The notes: generated by a model from the letters alone, not told the origin. Positions 41,411 to 51,467 are shown, counted from the stretch's first letter. The stretch is 64,000 nt of DNA from an uncultured delta proteobacterium (GCA_963782055.1 CAWAIF010000003.1:5920001-5984000), one strand, 5' to 3'. Numbers and translations are program-made.

Positions 41411-42090
41411 TCGCCGCGCTCGCCGCCCTGCCCTTCGCCCGCGTCACGCGCACCCGCCGCGCGCTCTGGCCCATCGCCGGGTGGGCCGTCGCGGCGGTCG
41501 GCGTCACCCTGATCACCCGGCAGCTCGGCGAGTCCAGCGCCGACCGCGCGATGCTCGGGCTCTTCGCGCCCTTCGTGCTCCCGCTGCTCGCCTACGCGCT
41601 CGCCGGCGCGGCCACCGGCGGGTCGAGCGTGCGCGAGGGCATCCGTCCGCTGGTCGCCTTCGGCGCGGGGGGCAGCCGTGCGGCGCTGGCGCTCGCCGCG
41701 GTCACCGGCGGCGCGGCGGCCGTGCTGTCCGCCGTCCTCGCGTGCGCGCTGCTCGCCATCGCGCACCGCGTCGGGGACGTCCCCCTCGGCCACGACCTCG
41801 CCACCACCGCGTGGGTCTCCGCGCTCGCCGGCGCGACGCACGCCACCTACTTCCTCGCCGGCGCCGCCTTCGGTCGGCGGGGCGGCGGGCGGGGCGTCAT
41901 GCTCTTCGCCGACTGGCTCCTGGGCTCGTCGCACGGCGCCGCTTCCCTCTTCTCGCCGTACGCCCACACGCGCAGCCTGCTGGGCGGCGTCGCCGCGATG
42001 GGGGTCTCGCAGCGCGCGAGCAGCGGGCTGCTGATCGCGCTGATGGCGGTGAGCGTCGGCGTCGTCGCGTGGCGCGGCCGCGGGGCGTGA
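41407..42090 (+). CDS. Permease-like membrane protein
   Basis: About six TM segments; GTGA overlap with the upstream gene. Confidence 0.6.
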   Translation: MIAALAALPFARVTRTRRALWPIAGWAVAAVGVTLITRQLGESSADRAMLGLFAPFVLPLLAYALAGAATGGSSVREGIRPLVAFGAGGSRAALALAAVTGGAAAVLSAVLACALLAIAHRVGDVPLGHDLATTAWVSALAGATHATYFLAGAAFGRRGGGRGVMLFADWLLGSSHGAASLFSPYAHTRSLLGGVAAMGVSQRASSGLLIALMAVSVGVVAWRGRGA

Positions 42091-42126
42091 CCTCGCCCCC
42101 AGCCCCGTCTCCGCCTCACCCCCCAG

Positions 42127-42153
42127 CCCCCTCTCCCTATGAGGGAGAGGGGG
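42127..42153. repeat. REP-like or terminator hairpin between convergent genes
   Basis: Perfect 12-bp stem: CCCCCTCTCCCT-ATG-AGGGAGAGGGGG. Confidence 0.65.
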
Positions 42154-42168
42154 AGCGTGAGGGGGAGG

Positions 42169-43824
42169 TCATTTCGGGTTGGGGGGGGGCGGGGCGCAGT
42201 CGCCGCCGCCTTCGATCTGGGCGTTGACGCGGAAGGTGTTCAGCTTCGCCCAGCTCTTCGGCATCTGCTTGGGGATGGTGCCGTCCTCGCGGACGTTCTC
42301 CACGCTGTAGGCGTGCTGGTTCCAGATGCGGCGCGTGGGGATCCAGCGCTTCTGCGCGTCCTGCAGCACCTCCACGGTGTTCTTGTAGTTGGCCGGGTTG
42401 GTTCCGCCCTTGTTGGAGACGACGACGATGTCCGCCGAGCCGTCGTTGTCCACGTCCGCCACGACCGGGTACTCGATGAGCGTGCCGCTCGAACGGGGGT
42501 AGGTGAGCTCCTGCTTCCCGGTGGCGCCGTCGAAGATGTAGAGCGCGTCCTGATCGCCGTAGACCGCGTCGGCGATGCCGCGGCCGAGGAAGTCGAACGC
42601 CGTCGCCGAGGCGAGGCCGCTGGTGTCGTCGATGGGCTGCGACCAGCTCACCGAGAGGTTGGTCCCGTTGAGGTGGTAGATGGTGAAGTGGCTGCAGCTG
42701 GAGTTGGCGATGTCGGCGTGGCCGTCGCCGTCGAAGTCGGTGACCACCGCGGGCTTGGACCAGCAGTTGGGGCTCGTCGTCTTGTCGTAGAGCTGCACCG
42801 GACCGAGCTTCACCGTGCCGTCGTTCTCCAGGACCATGACGCCATCCTGCCGCGCGACGAAGATCTCCGGCTCCGGATCGGAGTCCAGGTTGGCCACCTG
42901 CGGCTGCCCGGGCGGCCCGGGGATCTTCCAGTACAGGCTGCCGTCGGAGTGCAACGCGGCGTTTCCGAAGATGACCTCCAGCTTGCCGTCGCCGTCCAGG
43001 TCCGCCGCGGTGTTGGCCGGGCACCAGTATTGCCCCTGGAAGGCCGACTCGTCGTAGGCGAACTTGTGGTTGCCCTTGTTGTCGAACACCTCGAACGCCG
43101 CGATGATCTCCGGGCTGCCGTCGCCGTCCAGGTCGTAGATGCCGATGGCGTGGCAGTACGAGTTGGTGTTCTGCTTGTAGATGCCCACGTCCTTGCCGAC
43201 CCACTTGATCTTGCCGTGGTTGTCGTACGCCACCAGGTGGCCCTGGACGTCGTTGGTCACCACCTCGGGGATGCCGTCGCCGTCGATGTCCCCGAACGCC
43301 GGGCTGACGCTCGCGTCCACGGTGCCCTCGAAGGTGTACTCCACCTTCCCGGTGTCGCCGGCGAGCATGTAGATCTGGCCGGCCGCGCCCGGACCGCCGC
43401 CGCTGATGGTGACGATGACGTCCGGCACGTCGCAGAGGTTCACCTCGCCGTCGCCATTGTCGTCGGTGAAGTTGCCGACGAGCGGCGTGACGATGCTGCC
43501 CTCGATGCCGTACCCGCCGCCCTGGGGCGGCGGCGCCGTCCACGTCCACTTCACCTCGGGGGTGAAGGAGTTGGGCGGGGAGGACTTGGTGCACGTACCG
43601 GCGTTCTCCCCGTCCGGCGGGACGTGGCACTTGTCGATCGGCGGCGGCGCGACGTCCTTCTGCACCACGTCGCCGAAGTTGGCGCCGCTGTCGTCCGGCT
43701 GCAGGACGCCGGAGTCGCCGCCGTCCGCGTCGCCGAACACGGCCTTGTCGCTGCTGCCGCACTGCGCGCAGAAGAGGAAGATGCCCACGCCCGCCGCGGT
43801 GAGGGCAAGAAGAGAGTGCCGCAT
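42169..43824 (-). CDS. FG-GAP/VCBS-repeat secreted protein (probable lipoprotein)
   Basis: Repeated DLDGDG/DIDGDG, EYPVVADVDNDG, RRIWNQHAY. Confidence 0.88.
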   Translation of the reverse strand: MRHSLLALTAAGVGIFLFCAQCGSSDKAVFGDADGGDSGVLQPDDSGANFGDVVQKDVAPPPIDKCHVPPDGENAGTCTKSSPPNSFTPEVKWTWTAPPPQGGGYGIEGSIVTPLVGNFTDDNGDGEVNLCDVPDVIVTISGGGPGAAGQIYMLAGDTGKVEYTFEGTVDASVSPAFGDIDGDGIPEVVTNDVQGHLVAYDNHGKIKWVGKDVGIYKQNTNSYCHAIGIYDLDGDGSPEIIAAFEVFDNKGNHKFAYDESAFQGQYWCPANTAADLDGDGKLEVIFGNAALHSDGSLYWKIPGPPGQPQVANLDSDPEPEIFVARQDGVMVLENDGTVKLGPVQLYDKTTSPNCWSKPAVVTDFDGDGHADIANSSCSHFTIYHLNGTNLSVSWSQPIDDTSGLASATAFDFLGRGIADAVYGDQDALYIFDGATGKQELTYPRSSGTLIEYPVVADVDNDGSADIVVVSNKGGTNPANYKNTVEVLQDAQKRWIPTRRIWNQHAYSVENVREDGTIPKQMPKSWAKLNTFRVNAQIEGGGDCAPPPPNPK

Positions 43825-43846
43825 GTCCACCTCCGAGACCGAAAGC

Positions 43847-44110
43847 TTACGCCCCGCCGCCCTCTCCGGCGAGGCCCGAGAGGCGAGCCCGCAGCTCCCT
43901 CGTCAGGTCGATGACGCGCCCCTCCACGACGAAGGTCCCGTCCTCCTGGCGCTTGCAGGCGTGCACCTTGATGCGCACGGGGGCGCCGTCGTTCAGCACG
44001 CCGGAGGGGCGCGAGCCCGGCGGGGAGGAGGTCGTGGACACCAGGGCGATCGCCTCGCCGTCCAGCCGCCGCACGTCGGCCTCGCCGCCCTTCTCCCAGC
44101 GCAGGTGCAT
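43847..44110 (-). CDS. Small hypothetical protein
   Basis: MHLRWEKGG...SPPGSR...IKVHACKR, directly downstream of smpB. Confidence 0.65.
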   Translation of the reverse strand: MHLRWEKGGEADVRRLDGEAIALVSTTSSPPGSRPSGVLNDGAPVRIKVHACKRQEDGTFVVEGRVIDLTRELRARLSGLAGEGGGA

Positions 44111-44112
44111 CC

Positions 44113-44616
44113 TCAGCCCCTCTCCCGTTCCTTGCGCGAGCGCCCGATCGCCTCGCGCGCCTCGCGGTCCGCCTCCCGCTTGGCGATCTCCTGGCGCTTG
44201 TCGCCCTTCTTGCGGCCCTTCGCCACGCCGAGCTCCACCTTCACCTTCCCGCGCTTGAAGTACAGGCGCAGCGGGATGACGGTGAAGCCGCCGCGCTTCA
44301 CCGCCTCGTGGATCTCGGCGATCTCCCCGGCGTGGAGCAGCACCTTGCGCGAGCGCCGCGGCTCGTGGGGGAACGCGGTGGCCTGCTCGAAAGGTGCAAT
44401 ATACAGCTGCTTCAGCCACACCTCCCCGCGCTCCTCCGTGGCGTAGGCGTCGGCCATCTCCACCTTGCCCGCGCGCAGCGACTTCACCTCGCTGCCCACG
44501 AGCACCAGCCCGCCCTCGTAGCGCTCCTCGATGGCGTAGTCGAAGAACGCACGCCGGTTTTTGACGATGACCTTCTCGCCGCTTTCTTCGGGCTGCTTCA
44601 CGGGGCCGGGGAACAT
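44113..44616 (-). CDS. smpB: SsrA-binding protein
   Basis: NRRAFFDY, GSEVKSLR, RKVLLH, KGRKKGDKRQ. Confidence 0.96.
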   Translation of the reverse strand: MFPGPVKQPEESGEKVIVKNRRAFFDYAIEERYEGGLVLVGSEVKSLRAGKVEMADAYATEERGEVWLKQLYIAPFEQATAFPHEPRRSRKVLLHAGEIAEIHEAVKRGGFTVIPLRLYFKRGKVKVELGVAKGRKKGDKRQEIAKREADREAREAIGRSRKERERG

Positions 44617-44654
44617 AGCGCAACGGCCGACGAACGCATGGTACAAGAACCGAC

Positions 44655-44855
44655 ATGCTCGTGCGGTCGGTCCCCCTCGCGGTCCTCGCCGCGCTTGCGC
44701 TCCTCGCCGGCGCGGCCTGTCACGACAACAGCGTGCGCCCGCCTCCCTCCATGCCGCCGGTGGCTCCGGCGGCGGTCTCCGCCGCGCCGGCGGCGAGCGT
44801 GGCGGCGCCTTGCGACGACGCCCACGCCGACCCCGCCGGGACGTGCGAGCGGTGA
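44655..44855 (+). CDS. Small putative lipoprotein
   Basis: Hydrophobic N-terminus ending AGAAC; GTGA overlap with the NUDIX gene. Confidence 0.5.
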   Translation: MLVRSVPLAVLAALALLAGAACHDNSVRPPPSMPPVAPAAVSAAPAASVAAPCDDAHADPAGTCER

Positions 44856-45433
44856 CACGCCGCGCGCGCCCCTTCGTCCTGCCCCCTCCCCGCATCGCGC
44901 CGTGGACGGTCGGGCCCGGGGAGCGACGCGGCTCGTACTCCGTCTTCGACGTCGACCGGTACCCGCTGCGCGACGGGCGCGGCGACGACCGCGGCGAGGC
45001 CTTCCTGATCGCCGCGCGCGACTGGTGCAACGTCGTCGCGCTCACCGAGGAGGACGAGCTGGTGCTCGTCTGGCAGTTCCGCTTCGGCCCGCGCGTCATG
45101 TCGCTGGAGCTCCCCGGCGGCGTGATGGACGACGGCGAGACGCCCGCCGGGTGCGCGCGTCGCGAGCTGCTGGAGGAGACGGGCTACGAGACGGCGTCGC
45201 TCGAGCCGCTGGTGGTGGTGCACCCCAACCCCGCGCTGCAGGCCAACCGCCTGCACGCGTTCCTGGCGCGCGGCGCGGTGAGGACACGGGATCCCGCCTT
45301 CGACGATCAGGAGGAGTGCGAGGTGGCGCTCGTCCCGGTGGAGCACGCCGCGCGCCTGCTCGACGAGGGCCACATGACCCACGCCCTGTGCCACGCCGCG
45401 CTGGGCGCCTTCCTGCGGCGCCGCGCCGGCTGA
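44852..45433 (+). CDS. NUDIX hydrolase (ADP-ribose pyrophosphatase-like)
   Basis: ELPGGVMDDGETPAGCARRELLEETGY Nudix box. Confidence 0.9.
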   Translation: MTRRARPFVLPPPRIAPWTVGPGERRGSYSVFDVDRYPLRDGRGDDRGEAFLIAARDWCNVVALTEEDELVLVWQFRFGPRVMSLELPGGVMDDGETPAGCARRELLEETGYETASLEPLVVVHPNPALQANRLHAFLARGAVRTRDPAFDDQEECEVALVPVEHAARLLDEGHMTHALCHAALGAFLRRRAG

Positions 45434-45587
45434 CGGACTCCATTGCGCATTACGTCGGTTCCGGATCAGTGCTGTAGGTACATGTGCCGCGCCGATTGCC
45501 ACCTTGTCCGTTGACACGGCCGAGCTGGCTCGTATGCTCATCGAGCCTCGATCGCACGTCGTGATCGTGGGGGACGGGAGCAAGGCG

Positions 45588-47311
45588 ATGAAGCGGCTGG
45601 GCTGGGCTGGGCTGGGCTGGGCTGTAGTCTTCTGGGCTTGATGCTCGCCGGTTGCCCCCCGCAACCCCCGCCGGGCCCATCCTCCTCGGCCGTGACGTAC
45701 GACATCGAGATCCGCTCTCACGGCAACCTCGTCTTCGGCGACGTGCTGAGCTCGACGAACACGTCGTGGGAGTGGGGGCCCGGATCGATCCAGCCGGTGC
45801 CCACCTTCGAGCTGCTCGGCAGCAACGATCTGAGCGCCCGCCTGCGACTCGCTGGCTCCTCCATCTCCAGCCAGAACCTGGCGCAGCTCGCGCTCTTCGC
45901 GCGCGATCCGCGCGAGGTGACCGACACCCTGGACACCACGTTCGATCCCACAGTCTGGGAGGCGACGACGAACCCCTGCGCGCTGCCCGGCGTGCGGTTC
46001 GTCACGGCGGAGAGCATCCCCAACGCGGCCTACCAGGAAGGCAGCACCACGGCCCCCATCGTGACCGGGGACTTCTGGACCGACCCGCCCTGCGCCACGG
46101 GCCCTGGCGCGGTGCCCGACGGGCATGGCAGCATCAAGTCCATGCGCACCTACCGCGAGGGGCTGTGCCGCGCCTCGGTGCCGCTCGGGCCCATCGTGCA
46201 GCAGATCGTCGGCTCGCTGAAGCAGGAGCTGGCGGGCGCCGTGCTGAAGGCGCCCTACTGCTCCGACGCGTTCGTGCAGTACATGGACACGACGACCTAC
46301 CTCTCCCACCAGAGCACGGCGTCCGATCGGCTGCCGGACGCCGTCCCTTCTGGAGGCTTCTCCTTGCTCTTCGGCTCCCAGTTCCACCACTACCTCCCCA
46401 TCCCCGACACGTTCACGCAGGTGAGCTACCGCTACGAGCTGCGCCTCTCCGACGGCCGGCTGACGGCGGCGCCCTTCAAGAACGAGCTGGCCGCGCAGGG
46501 CTACAGCGCGTCGGACGCGATCACCGCCCTGCAGGGCGGGCTGGAGAACGACATTCCGGCCGCGATCAACCAGGCGTCCGACTTCAGCCAGGTGATCGCG
46601 CCGGCGCTTGAGAACAATCAGACGACGTGCACGCAGGATGAGGAGTGTGGACCCAGCGAAGGTTGCCTGCCTTCGCCAACTTTGCCGGGCAAGCGCACCT
46701 GCCAGCACTACACACTCGGGACCTGTGAACCGGAGACGGACCCCTCGACGGGGAAGCCGGTGTCGAGCATCACGGCGGACTTACTCCTGTGCAAGGGTGC
46801 ACGGGACCTATTCCGTACGGCAATCGACCGTGGCGCCGACCAGCTCGGGCTCTCGTCGGCGGACAAAGGCGCACTCGAGGCGACGGCGGATCATTTCACG
46901 CTGCAGAAGTACGACAACTGGCGCTGCCGCCAACCCACGAACGGCCGCGACGACCCCACCGAGCACTACCGGTGCGAGTACGTCGTCCGGGCGAAACGCC
47001 TCAACGTGTACCCGGAGAAGGTCGACCTCGTCTTCTTCGACGAGAAGGAGCTACAGAACGAGGCCTACGCGGCCTATGTCGCGCTGGCAAGCCTGGGTGC
47101 GACCTCGCAGATGTGTACCTCGGGCCCCGACACCACGGCCTACCGCGCCTTCTACGGCAGCGATAATCCGCACGACGAGCAGCTCGTGGTCGCAAAGTAC
47201 CGGGACGCGATCACCTGCGTGGGCAACAATCCCGGATACTTCTGGGACAAGCTCACCCCCTGGCAGTACTACTTCTTCGGGGTACTCGCCGGGCTTTCGC
47301 TGGCGCCCTGA
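45588..47311 (+). CDS. Large hypothetical lipoprotein; ATG at 45588 is out of frame with the body because of (GGCTG)6
   Basis: Body ORF 45638-47311 begins at MLAGC; with five repeat units it reads MKRLGWAGLGCSLLGLMLAGC. Confidence 0.7.
45595..45624 (+). repeat. Simple sequence repeat (GGCTG)6
   Basis: Six perfect units read directly from the sequence. Confidence 0.95.
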
Positions 47312-47313
47312 CC

Positions 47314-48111
47314 ATGCGGATCGCGTCTTGGTCTTGCGCGCTCGTGGTGCTGGCGAGCCTCGGCTGCGGCGCCGTGGCGCCGGATGACTCGGACGGGGGC
47401 TCGGCGAACGACGGGGGCACGCGGGACGCGGCAGATGGCATGGCGGAGGCCGAAGCGGGCTGGACCCAGTGCTCGGCCCCAAACGGGTTGGCAGTATGTG
47501 ACGGCCCCAACTGTCCATCCATCTCGGACACATGCAACTGTGCCGATGACGCGCTATTTGGCAAAGCGGACGGCGGCGCACTCTCGTACTGTGTGAATGA
47601 TGCGTACGCTCAATACGGATCACCTGCGGATGATTGCGAGTTCGGTTGCCTCGACGGCAACTACTGCATGGCGCTGGTGTGGCACTGGCCCGACAACTTC
47701 GTCTGCTCGCCCCCCGATATGAAGCGCCTCTACGAGCAGAACGGCGCGGCCGACCGGATCCACTACGCCGACTGGAGCACCTACACCGGTGACGCCCTCC
47801 CGACGCCGGCGACCTGCCCCACCCTGCCCGGGGTCCCGCTCTGCGGAGGTCCCTGCGCGCCCTGCGGGACGGCGCAGCGCTGCACCGGCCGGTCGCCGCT
47901 GCACCCCTACAGCCTCTGCGTCCCGGAGGTCGGGAACCTCAACCCGGGGTGCAGCACCGCGAAGCCCGCCTGTCCTGCCGGCCACTCGTGCTTCACCTTC
48001 AAGGTGGACTCGGCCTCGCAACCGCTCGCCGACTCCCACGGCTACTGCATGCCCACCGCCGACTGCCAGGCCGCGGCGTCCAGCCTCCCAGGAGGCGGGA
48101 GCTGTCAGTGA
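47314..48111 (+). CDS. Cys-rich lipoprotein, paralogue A1
   Basis: Lipobox SLGC; YADWSTYTG, CGGPCAPC, CTGRS. Confidence 0.8.
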   Translation: MRIASWSCALVVLASLGCGAVAPDDSDGGSANDGGTRDAADGMAEAEAGWTQCSAPNGLAVCDGPNCPSISDTCNCADDALFGKADGGALSYCVNDAYAQYGSPADDCEFGCLDGNYCMALVWHWPDNFVCSPPDMKRLYEQNGAADRIHYADWSTYTGDALPTPATCPTLPGVPLCGGPCAPCGTAQRCTGRSPLHPYSLCVPEVGNLNPGCSTAKPACPAGHSCFTFKVDSASQPLADSHGYCMPTADCQAAASSLPGGGSCQ

Positions 48112-48911
48112 CGCGCGCCGCGCTCCTGGGGGTGCTCCTGGCGCTCGGGTGCGGCGGCCGCACCGGGCTCGGCGTCACGGGCTCCGGCCGCGACGGGAGC
48201 GCCGGGCGGGACGGCTCGGCCGACGGGGGCGACGCCGGCCCGGTGGACCCCTGCGTCGTGGACGGCGTACGCCTCTGCGGCCCCGGCTGTCCGCCGATCG
48301 GGACGCCCGCCTGCTGCGTCGCCAGCCTCGACCGCGAGACGGACTCGCCGCTCGGGGCAGGGCTCTGCTGGACCGACCTGGCCGATCAGGGCCAGCGCTC
48401 CTGCGTCGCGTGCCGCGACGGCGAGGCCTGCGTCGAGCGGGCGCCCGGATCGCTCGTGTGCGTTCCGCTGGGCGTCTGCGAGCGGCTGTACGCGATGGGC
48501 GCGGGCCGGGCCTGCCGCTACGCCGACAAGAGCCCGTACGACGGCCGACCGCTCGCAGCTCCGACGGACACCTGCCCGAACGACATCGACGGCAAGAGCC
48601 TCGCCGGCCGCTACATCGTCTGCGGCGGCGCGTGCGGTGCCTGCGCCGCGGACTACGTGCCGTGCACCGGGCGGTCCGCCGACCGCTCCTTCGGCATCTG
48701 CCCGTCGCTCGACGAGATCGCCCCGACCTCGCCGGACCGGGCCATCCGCTGCTCCAGCGGCAAGCAGTGCCTGGGCGCCCACGACGGCCTGTGCGCCGTC
48801 TTCGACGTGGACCCGGCGGACCAGTCGACCGCGCACAGCTACGGGACCTGCCTGGACCCCTGCACGCTCGCGCTGCCCGGCGGCCACATCACCTGCTACA
48901 CGGCCCAGTGA
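48108..48911 (+). CDS. Cys-rich lipoprotein, paralogue A2
   Basis: GTG start; lipobox ALGC; YADKSPYDG, CGGACGAC, CTGRS. Confidence 0.8.
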   Translation: MTRAALLGVLLALGCGGRTGLGVTGSGRDGSAGRDGSADGGDAGPVDPCVVDGVRLCGPGCPPIGTPACCVASLDRETDSPLGAGLCWTDLADQGQRSCVACRDGEACVERAPGSLVCVPLGVCERLYAMGAGRACRYADKSPYDGRPLAAPTDTCPNDIDGKSLAGRYIVCGGACGACAADYVPCTGRSADRSFGICPSLDEIAPTSPDRAIRCSSGKQCLGAHDGLCAVFDVDPADQSTAHSYGTCLDPCTLALPGGHITCYTAQ

Positions 48912-49050
48912 CGACGCCTGTGCCCCTGCGACGCGGGTCCACGCGGCGCTCTCGCCCGCTCGCGCTCCCCCTTTCGCGCCCACACGCATCGGGCTCGGGA
49001 CTCCGGCCACCAGGGTTTGGCGGCGGCGCTCCGTGCAGGCGGCCTGGACC

Positions 49051-49374
49051 TCAGTGCCCGCCCACGAGTCGCACCAGCGTGCCCAGCACGTGATCGATCC
49101 GGCTGCGCAGGTCCGCCTCCAGCTCTGGCACGTACCCCATCGCTGCGCCGACCTCGAAGCAAGCCTGCACCTCCCGCAGCGATCCCAGCGCCGTGTGGTA
49201 CCGGGCCGCCCTGTTCCGTCCGCGCGAGTACATCCCCTCCGCCACGTTCAGCGGCGCGCTCGCCAGCGCCCGCCGGCACTGCCGCGCAAGATCCGGATCG
49301 TGCCGCTCGACCTGCCGCACCAGAGGCCCAAGCGTCCGAACCAGCTCCAGCAACACCGGGTAGATACGCAACAT
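49051..49374 (-). CDS. Four-helix-bundle protein (23S rRNA IVS protein-like)
   Basis: LARQCRRALASAPLNVAEG...ALGSLRE. Confidence 0.85.
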   Translation of the reverse strand: MLRIYPVLLELVRTLGPLVRQVERHDPDLARQCRRALASAPLNVAEGMYSRGRNRAARYHTALGSLREVQACFEVGAAMGYVPELEADLRSRIDHVLGTLVRLVGGH

Positions 49375-49750
49375 CGACTCACTCCTTGCAGCGCGCCCGC
49401 GCACCGCGCGCGGGGGCTGAATGCCCACACCCGCCGCGCGCAGGAGCTGTCGAGGCTGCGAGCGAAGCGAGCACCGCCCGGAGCCACGCGCAGGGCGCGC
49501 AGCGCCCGAGCATGGCGAGGACGGCCCCGGCCTCGACAGCTCCGAGCACGGCGGGACCATCGCGTCCCCCGAGCGAGCTCCCCCTCCCGTCAGCGAAGTC
49601 GGTCCTGTTCCCCCTCCCCCCCGCGCCCGCGCCCGCCCCCCCTCACGCACTCGCCCCCGCCCCCCTCACGCGCCCGCGCTCCCTTGCGCCCCCGCCCCCC
49701 TGGACCCCGGCCTCGGGCGCGTCCTGCCATCACTGGCGACGCGCGACACC

Positions 49751-50743
49751 TCAGCTCCGCTCGGTGTCGTGCTCCGGCAGCACGCCCTCGGTCATGTCGA
49801 ACAGCGCGCGCTGCAGGAACGCCCGCCCGTCGCCCACGCCCAGCGCCAGCGCCTCGCGGCGCAGGTCGTAGCCCATCACGCCGGCGTGCGCGTAGCGGAC
49901 GCGCGGATCGGGATCGAGGGCGCGGTCCAGCACCGCGGCGAGCCCCTCGGGCAGGACGGGGTCGGTGACCGCGCGACGCACGTAGCCCTCGCGCGCCAGC
50001 TCGAAGACCGCGCGCTCGTCCAGGTGCGGGTCGAAGCGCGGCCCGCGCAGCAGCTCGTGCAGCATCACGCCCAGGGCGAAGACGTCGGCGCGGGCGTCGC
50101 CCGGACCGCCGCACGCCACCTCCGGCGCCAGGGCGGCCAGCCGCCGTCGCAGCGCCTCGCCGGTGCGGCGCACGCCCGACGCCACCAGGCTCTCCCCGCG
50201 GGTGCCGAAGTCGGACACCTTCACCTCGCCGTTCCACGAGAGGAGCACCTGCCGCGGGGAGAGATCGCGGTGCGACATGTTGAGCATGACGCCCTCGTCG
50301 TTGCGCGCGGCGCGCGCGCCGGTCAGCCCCTCCGCGGCCTCCACGCCAACGAACAGCGCGATGTCGAGCGGCACGCGCCGTCCGGCGGCCTCGTAGCGCT
50401 CGGCGAGCGTGGCGAGGGAGCAGCCCTCCACCAGCTCGCTCACGACGCACGGGTGCTCGTCGAGCATCAGCAGCTCGTGGACCTGGACCACGTTGGGATG
50501 CCGGACGCACGCGACGCGGCGAATGGTCTGGGCCAGACCGTACATCGCCTCCGTGTCGTTGCCCGTCACGTCCAGCACCTTGGCCGCCACCCGGACGCGC
50601 AGGCCGAAGCCCAGCGCGAGGGTGGCCACGTGGAGCGTCCCGAAGGTGCCCCGGCCCACCGCCGGCCCCAGCACCAGGTGGCGGGTGCCCTGGATGGGGT
50701 AGACGTCCGCGGGGAGCGGCCGGGGGGTGAGCGGTGCGGTCAT
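49751..50743 (-). CDS. Hanks-type Ser/Thr kinase-like protein
   Basis: GRGTFG, VAAK, HPNVV, HRDLSP, DFG, APE, DVFALG. Confidence 0.88.
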   Translation of the reverse strand: MTAPLTPRPLPADVYPIQGTRHLVLGPAVGRGTFGTLHVATLALGFGLRVRVAAKVLDVTGNDTEAMYGLAQTIRRVACVRHPNVVQVHELLMLDEHPCVVSELVEGCSLATLAERYEAAGRRVPLDIALFVGVEAAEGLTGARAARNDEGVMLNMSHRDLSPRQVLLSWNGEVKVSDFGTRGESLVASGVRRTGEALRRRLAALAPEVACGGPGDARADVFALGVMLHELLRGPRFDPHLDERAVFELAREGYVRRAVTDPVLPEGLAAVLDRALDPDPRVRYAHAGVMGYDLRREALALGVGDGRAFLQRALFDMTEGVLPEHDTERS

Positions 50744-50931
50744 GCTGGAGAGGACCTAGCAAGGTCCGAACCGCACCGGGAAAGCTGCCGCCACCTCCAC
50801 TTTTCGCGGATCTCGTCTCCGGCGAGCGACGCGCTGGATCCGCGCGGATCCTCCGCCGGAGATCCACGCGGAAACGTGGGTCAATCCGCGTGCGGGTGGG
50901 CGGCGCTCGCCCTTTGTGGGAGGCTCGGCGC

Positions 50932-51231
50932 GTGAGAGAGGTCGCGCGACCACGGCTGCACTTCTTCGTTTGCGGAAACGCGCGTGACGCCGGCTCCCCC
51001 CTCGGGGCAGGATGTGGCGCACGAGGTCAAGGCGTGTACGAGGCGATGAAGGACGAGGTGGCGCGGCGCGGAGCCCACGCGGAGGTGTGGGTGACCCGGA
51101 CGGCATGCCTGGGCGTCTGCCCGAAGACGGGGTGCGCGGTCGCGGAGTACCCGCGCGGCCGCGTCGCCGCCGAGGTGACCGCCGCCGAGGCCGTCGCCTG
51201 GCTGCGCGCCGCGATGGACGAGGGCGCATGA
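50932..51231 (+). CDS. Thioredoxin-like [2Fe-2S] ferredoxin
   Basis: HFFVCGN...GCG...TACLGVCP. Confidence 0.8.
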   Translation: MREVARPRLHFFVCGNARDAGSPLGAGCGARGQGVYEAMKDEVARRGAHAEVWVTRTACLGVCPKTGCAVAEYPRGRVAAEVTAAEAVAWLRAAMDEGA

Positions 51232-51467
51232 CACAGGTCCAGCTCGATTCGGTGCAGAAGCTGGTGGAGGAGATGGAGGAGCTGCAGCGGCGGAAGGTGC
51301 TCGAGCTCGCGCGACGCCTTCGCCCGGACCTCACGCCGGAGGACGTGCGCAACCCGCACGACTTCCCCGAGCTCGACGACAAGGACTGGCACTACGAGGA
51401 CGGCGTGCTCACCGGCATCCAGAGCGTGGCGAGCGCGCTCCGCGCGCTGGGGCGAGGTCCGGCGTGA
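51228..51467 (+). CDS. Small hypothetical protein
   Basis: TPEDVRNPHDFPEL...YEDG; coupled to both neighbours. Confidence 0.7.
   Translation: MTQVQLDSVQKLVEEMEELQRRKVLELARRLRPDLTPEDVRNPHDFPELDDKDWHYEDGVLTGIQSVASALRALGRGPA

Noticed and set aside
43847..44860. tmRNA gene near smpB
   Set aside because: No ssrA-like ends recognised; the flanks are coding
49051..49374. Four-helix bundle as the Avd of a diversity-generating retroelement
   Set aside because: No reverse transcriptase in the window; differences between the 57.0 and 60.6 kb repeats are not adenine-specific
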